A stretch of DNA of 64,000 nt. Origin: Azolla caroliniana. Taxonomy: Eukaryota > Plantae > Polypodiophyta. The position numbers and the translations under genes were made by a program. Below, in pieces: positions 62,245 to 64,000 of this stretch (positions within the stretch are counted from its first letter, which is position 1; each line of letters starts with the position of its first letter). The notes under the pieces were generated by a model that was given only the letters and a program-made list of their open reading frames with translations, searched no databases and was not told the origin of the DNA. The stretch covers positions 12,958,001 through 13,022,000 of the forward strand of contig JBHGNT010000001.1 in assembly GCA_043228905.1 (NCBI GenBank), written 5' to 3'.

Positions 62245-63883
62245 TGTTGGGAAATCGGTCCCTCCGGATGGGATCCGGTTATGAATGAAGAGGACCCGGT
62301 GAGAACTGGAAGAGATCCGAAAACCAGAGGAGACCCGGTGAGAACCGGAAGAGAAGACATACTTGTAAATATGTTTTGAGTAAGCCTATTGAGGCTATAT
62401 TTGTAAATAGCCCTAAGTTCATATAAGTATAAATATGACTTAGGGCAGTCAATTTAGAAAGTGTGGTGTTTTTGTCATATTGGTGTATGTGTATAACCGA
62501 TGTATAGATAGAGAGTGAGAGAGAGCGAGAGAGTAGCTACGAGCACTTTCAGTTGTAACCGTTGTCTGTCGAAGATATAAAGCACGAGGCCGTTGCCTCT
62601 GTGCCTCTACTTTGTATTTCCTCTCATATAGTGATAGTTGGAGACCGTGGGCTCCCATGGTTTTTCTCTATTAGGGTTTTCCACGTAAATATTATGTGTA
62701 CTCTCTACTTCCCATTTCTGTGTTTCATTCCCATTTCTATGATTCAAGACTCGGTTGTGGCTAAGAAATATTCCGCACTATTCTTCACAATATGGTATCC
62801 AAGCGAACAACACAGGAAATGGAAGAATCATTCGGTGGCATGTTCAAGCTCACCGGCTCCAACTACTCAGTTTGGAAGTCGAAGATGAGGGATATGCTAG
62901 TGATTAAAAATCTTTGGTTGCCAGTACAGTTTGGGGACAAGAGACCAGATAAGATCGACACCACAATGTGGGAGGTGATGCACATGAAGACGACGGCATA
63001 CATCCGGTGCTTCATCGACATGAGCCTATACAACAACTTTAATGAAGAGAGTAAGGCTCATGAACTCTGGGATAGGATCGGCATCATGTTCCAGAACAAG
63101 AATGTCATTAATTGGGTTTCGGTATTCCGAAAGCTAGTGAGGCTCCAGTACTGGGACGGCTCCAACATGACAGAGCACATGAATGCCTTCCAGGGGCTAA
63201 TACACCAAGCAGCCTCGTTGGAAGTACCTCTCGCCGATGAGGTACTCGCATTGCTCTTGCTCGATTCCCTCCCGGATAGCTGGGAGACATTAGTTGTCAC
63301 GTTGGGAAACCCCGGGCCGGAAGGAAAACAATTGTCCCTAGCAAGGGTAAAATCAAGCTTGCTAGATGAAGAAGCTCGCCGGAAGGACCAGGAGTCCAGA
63401 ACCGATCCGAAGGCCTTGGTCACGGAAGATGACCACAACCGGGGAAGAGTCCAGTATCAGAGTCCCCAAAACCGGGATGAGTCGGGGACGAGGTCAAAAT
63501 CAAGGGGACGGCCTACTTTCTTCTACTGTGGGAAGTCGGGGCACTTCTAGAAGAATTGTCGGCACTACCGATTCGAATAAGAGTTTGGACCGAAACGGTT
63601 CGGACCGGAGAGGCCCGGATCGGAAAGGAACGTCGGCGATCGCGACAAGTGAAGAAGAACTGATGCTCATTGCCGAGGAGAATGAGTTAAAACTTGTCGG
63701 CGATGAGACAACGTGGGTTGTCAATTCCGGAGCATCGTTCAACCTGACACCAGACTGGAGATGCTTCTCATCCTACATAGTCGGAGATCACAGTTGTGTC
63801 CAGATGGGGAATAAAGGTACATGCCAAATTGTCGGCATAGGAGATATGTTGTTGACGACATCAACCGGATGCAAGTTGCTGCT
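62245..63883 (+). mobile_element. T2: 5' part of an older Tork-like copia (LTR 62245-62789, PBS from 62793, gag-PR from 62819)
   Basis: LTR and Gag/PR are homologous to T1 (LPDSWETLVVTL, DRRGPDRKG, ETTWVVNSGASF); stop at 63548-63550. Confidence 0.9.
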
Positions 63884-64000
63884 TGTTGAGAATCAAACTC
63901 AACTTCCCATAGATAGGTTTCACACTAGCTCATGGACACTCCAAGCTAGTTGTGTAAATAGTAGAAAGGGTGCTTGCCCTAGCTTAGTTGGTATATAAAC
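63884..64000 (+). mobile_element. Start of another C-family copia LTR inserted in the T2 protease
   Basis: T1 homology stops abruptly at GCKLLL; next is tgttgagaatcaaactcaac, like 60003. Confidence 0.7.

Overview
No host gene, RNA gene or CRISPR array is supported. The 64 kb is almost entirely nested plant LTR retrotransposons. PBSs match plant tRNA-iMet, tRNA-Trp and probably tRNA-Arg; the lineage mix suggests a non-seed plant (inference). Element names below are mine. Backbone: an old + strand Ty1/copia element C0 in three pieces (about 27904-28548, 43991-46117, 58681-about 60030). To its left is a - strand Athila-like Ty3/gypsy element G1 (5' LTR 27355-27824, running off the left edge), with an extra ORF 3' of pol. 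G1 carries a tRNA-Trp-primed gypsy A (3848-15983) and a copia C1 (17472-23507); A carries a gag-only relative B (5415-10516) and C1 a solo LTR. C0 carries copia C2 (about 28549-43990) and copia C3 (46118-58680), whose 3' LTR carries copia C4 (46382-53551). C2 contains an inverted copy of about 3.8 kb of neighbouring DNA, into which a very young Tork/Tnt1-like copia T1 (30463-35531) inserted. The right end stacks five layers: C0 LTR, Bianca-like copia, chromovirus, Tork-like copia, another copia LTR. Most notable: T1 has identical LTRs and an unbroken ORF but a dead RT; the inverted duplication has a templated-repair scar; A has a candidate -1 frameshift after the protease; and conserved hairpins sit at the copia PPT and around the Tork-family TATA box. 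All comparisons were made by eye, so lineage names need database confirmation.
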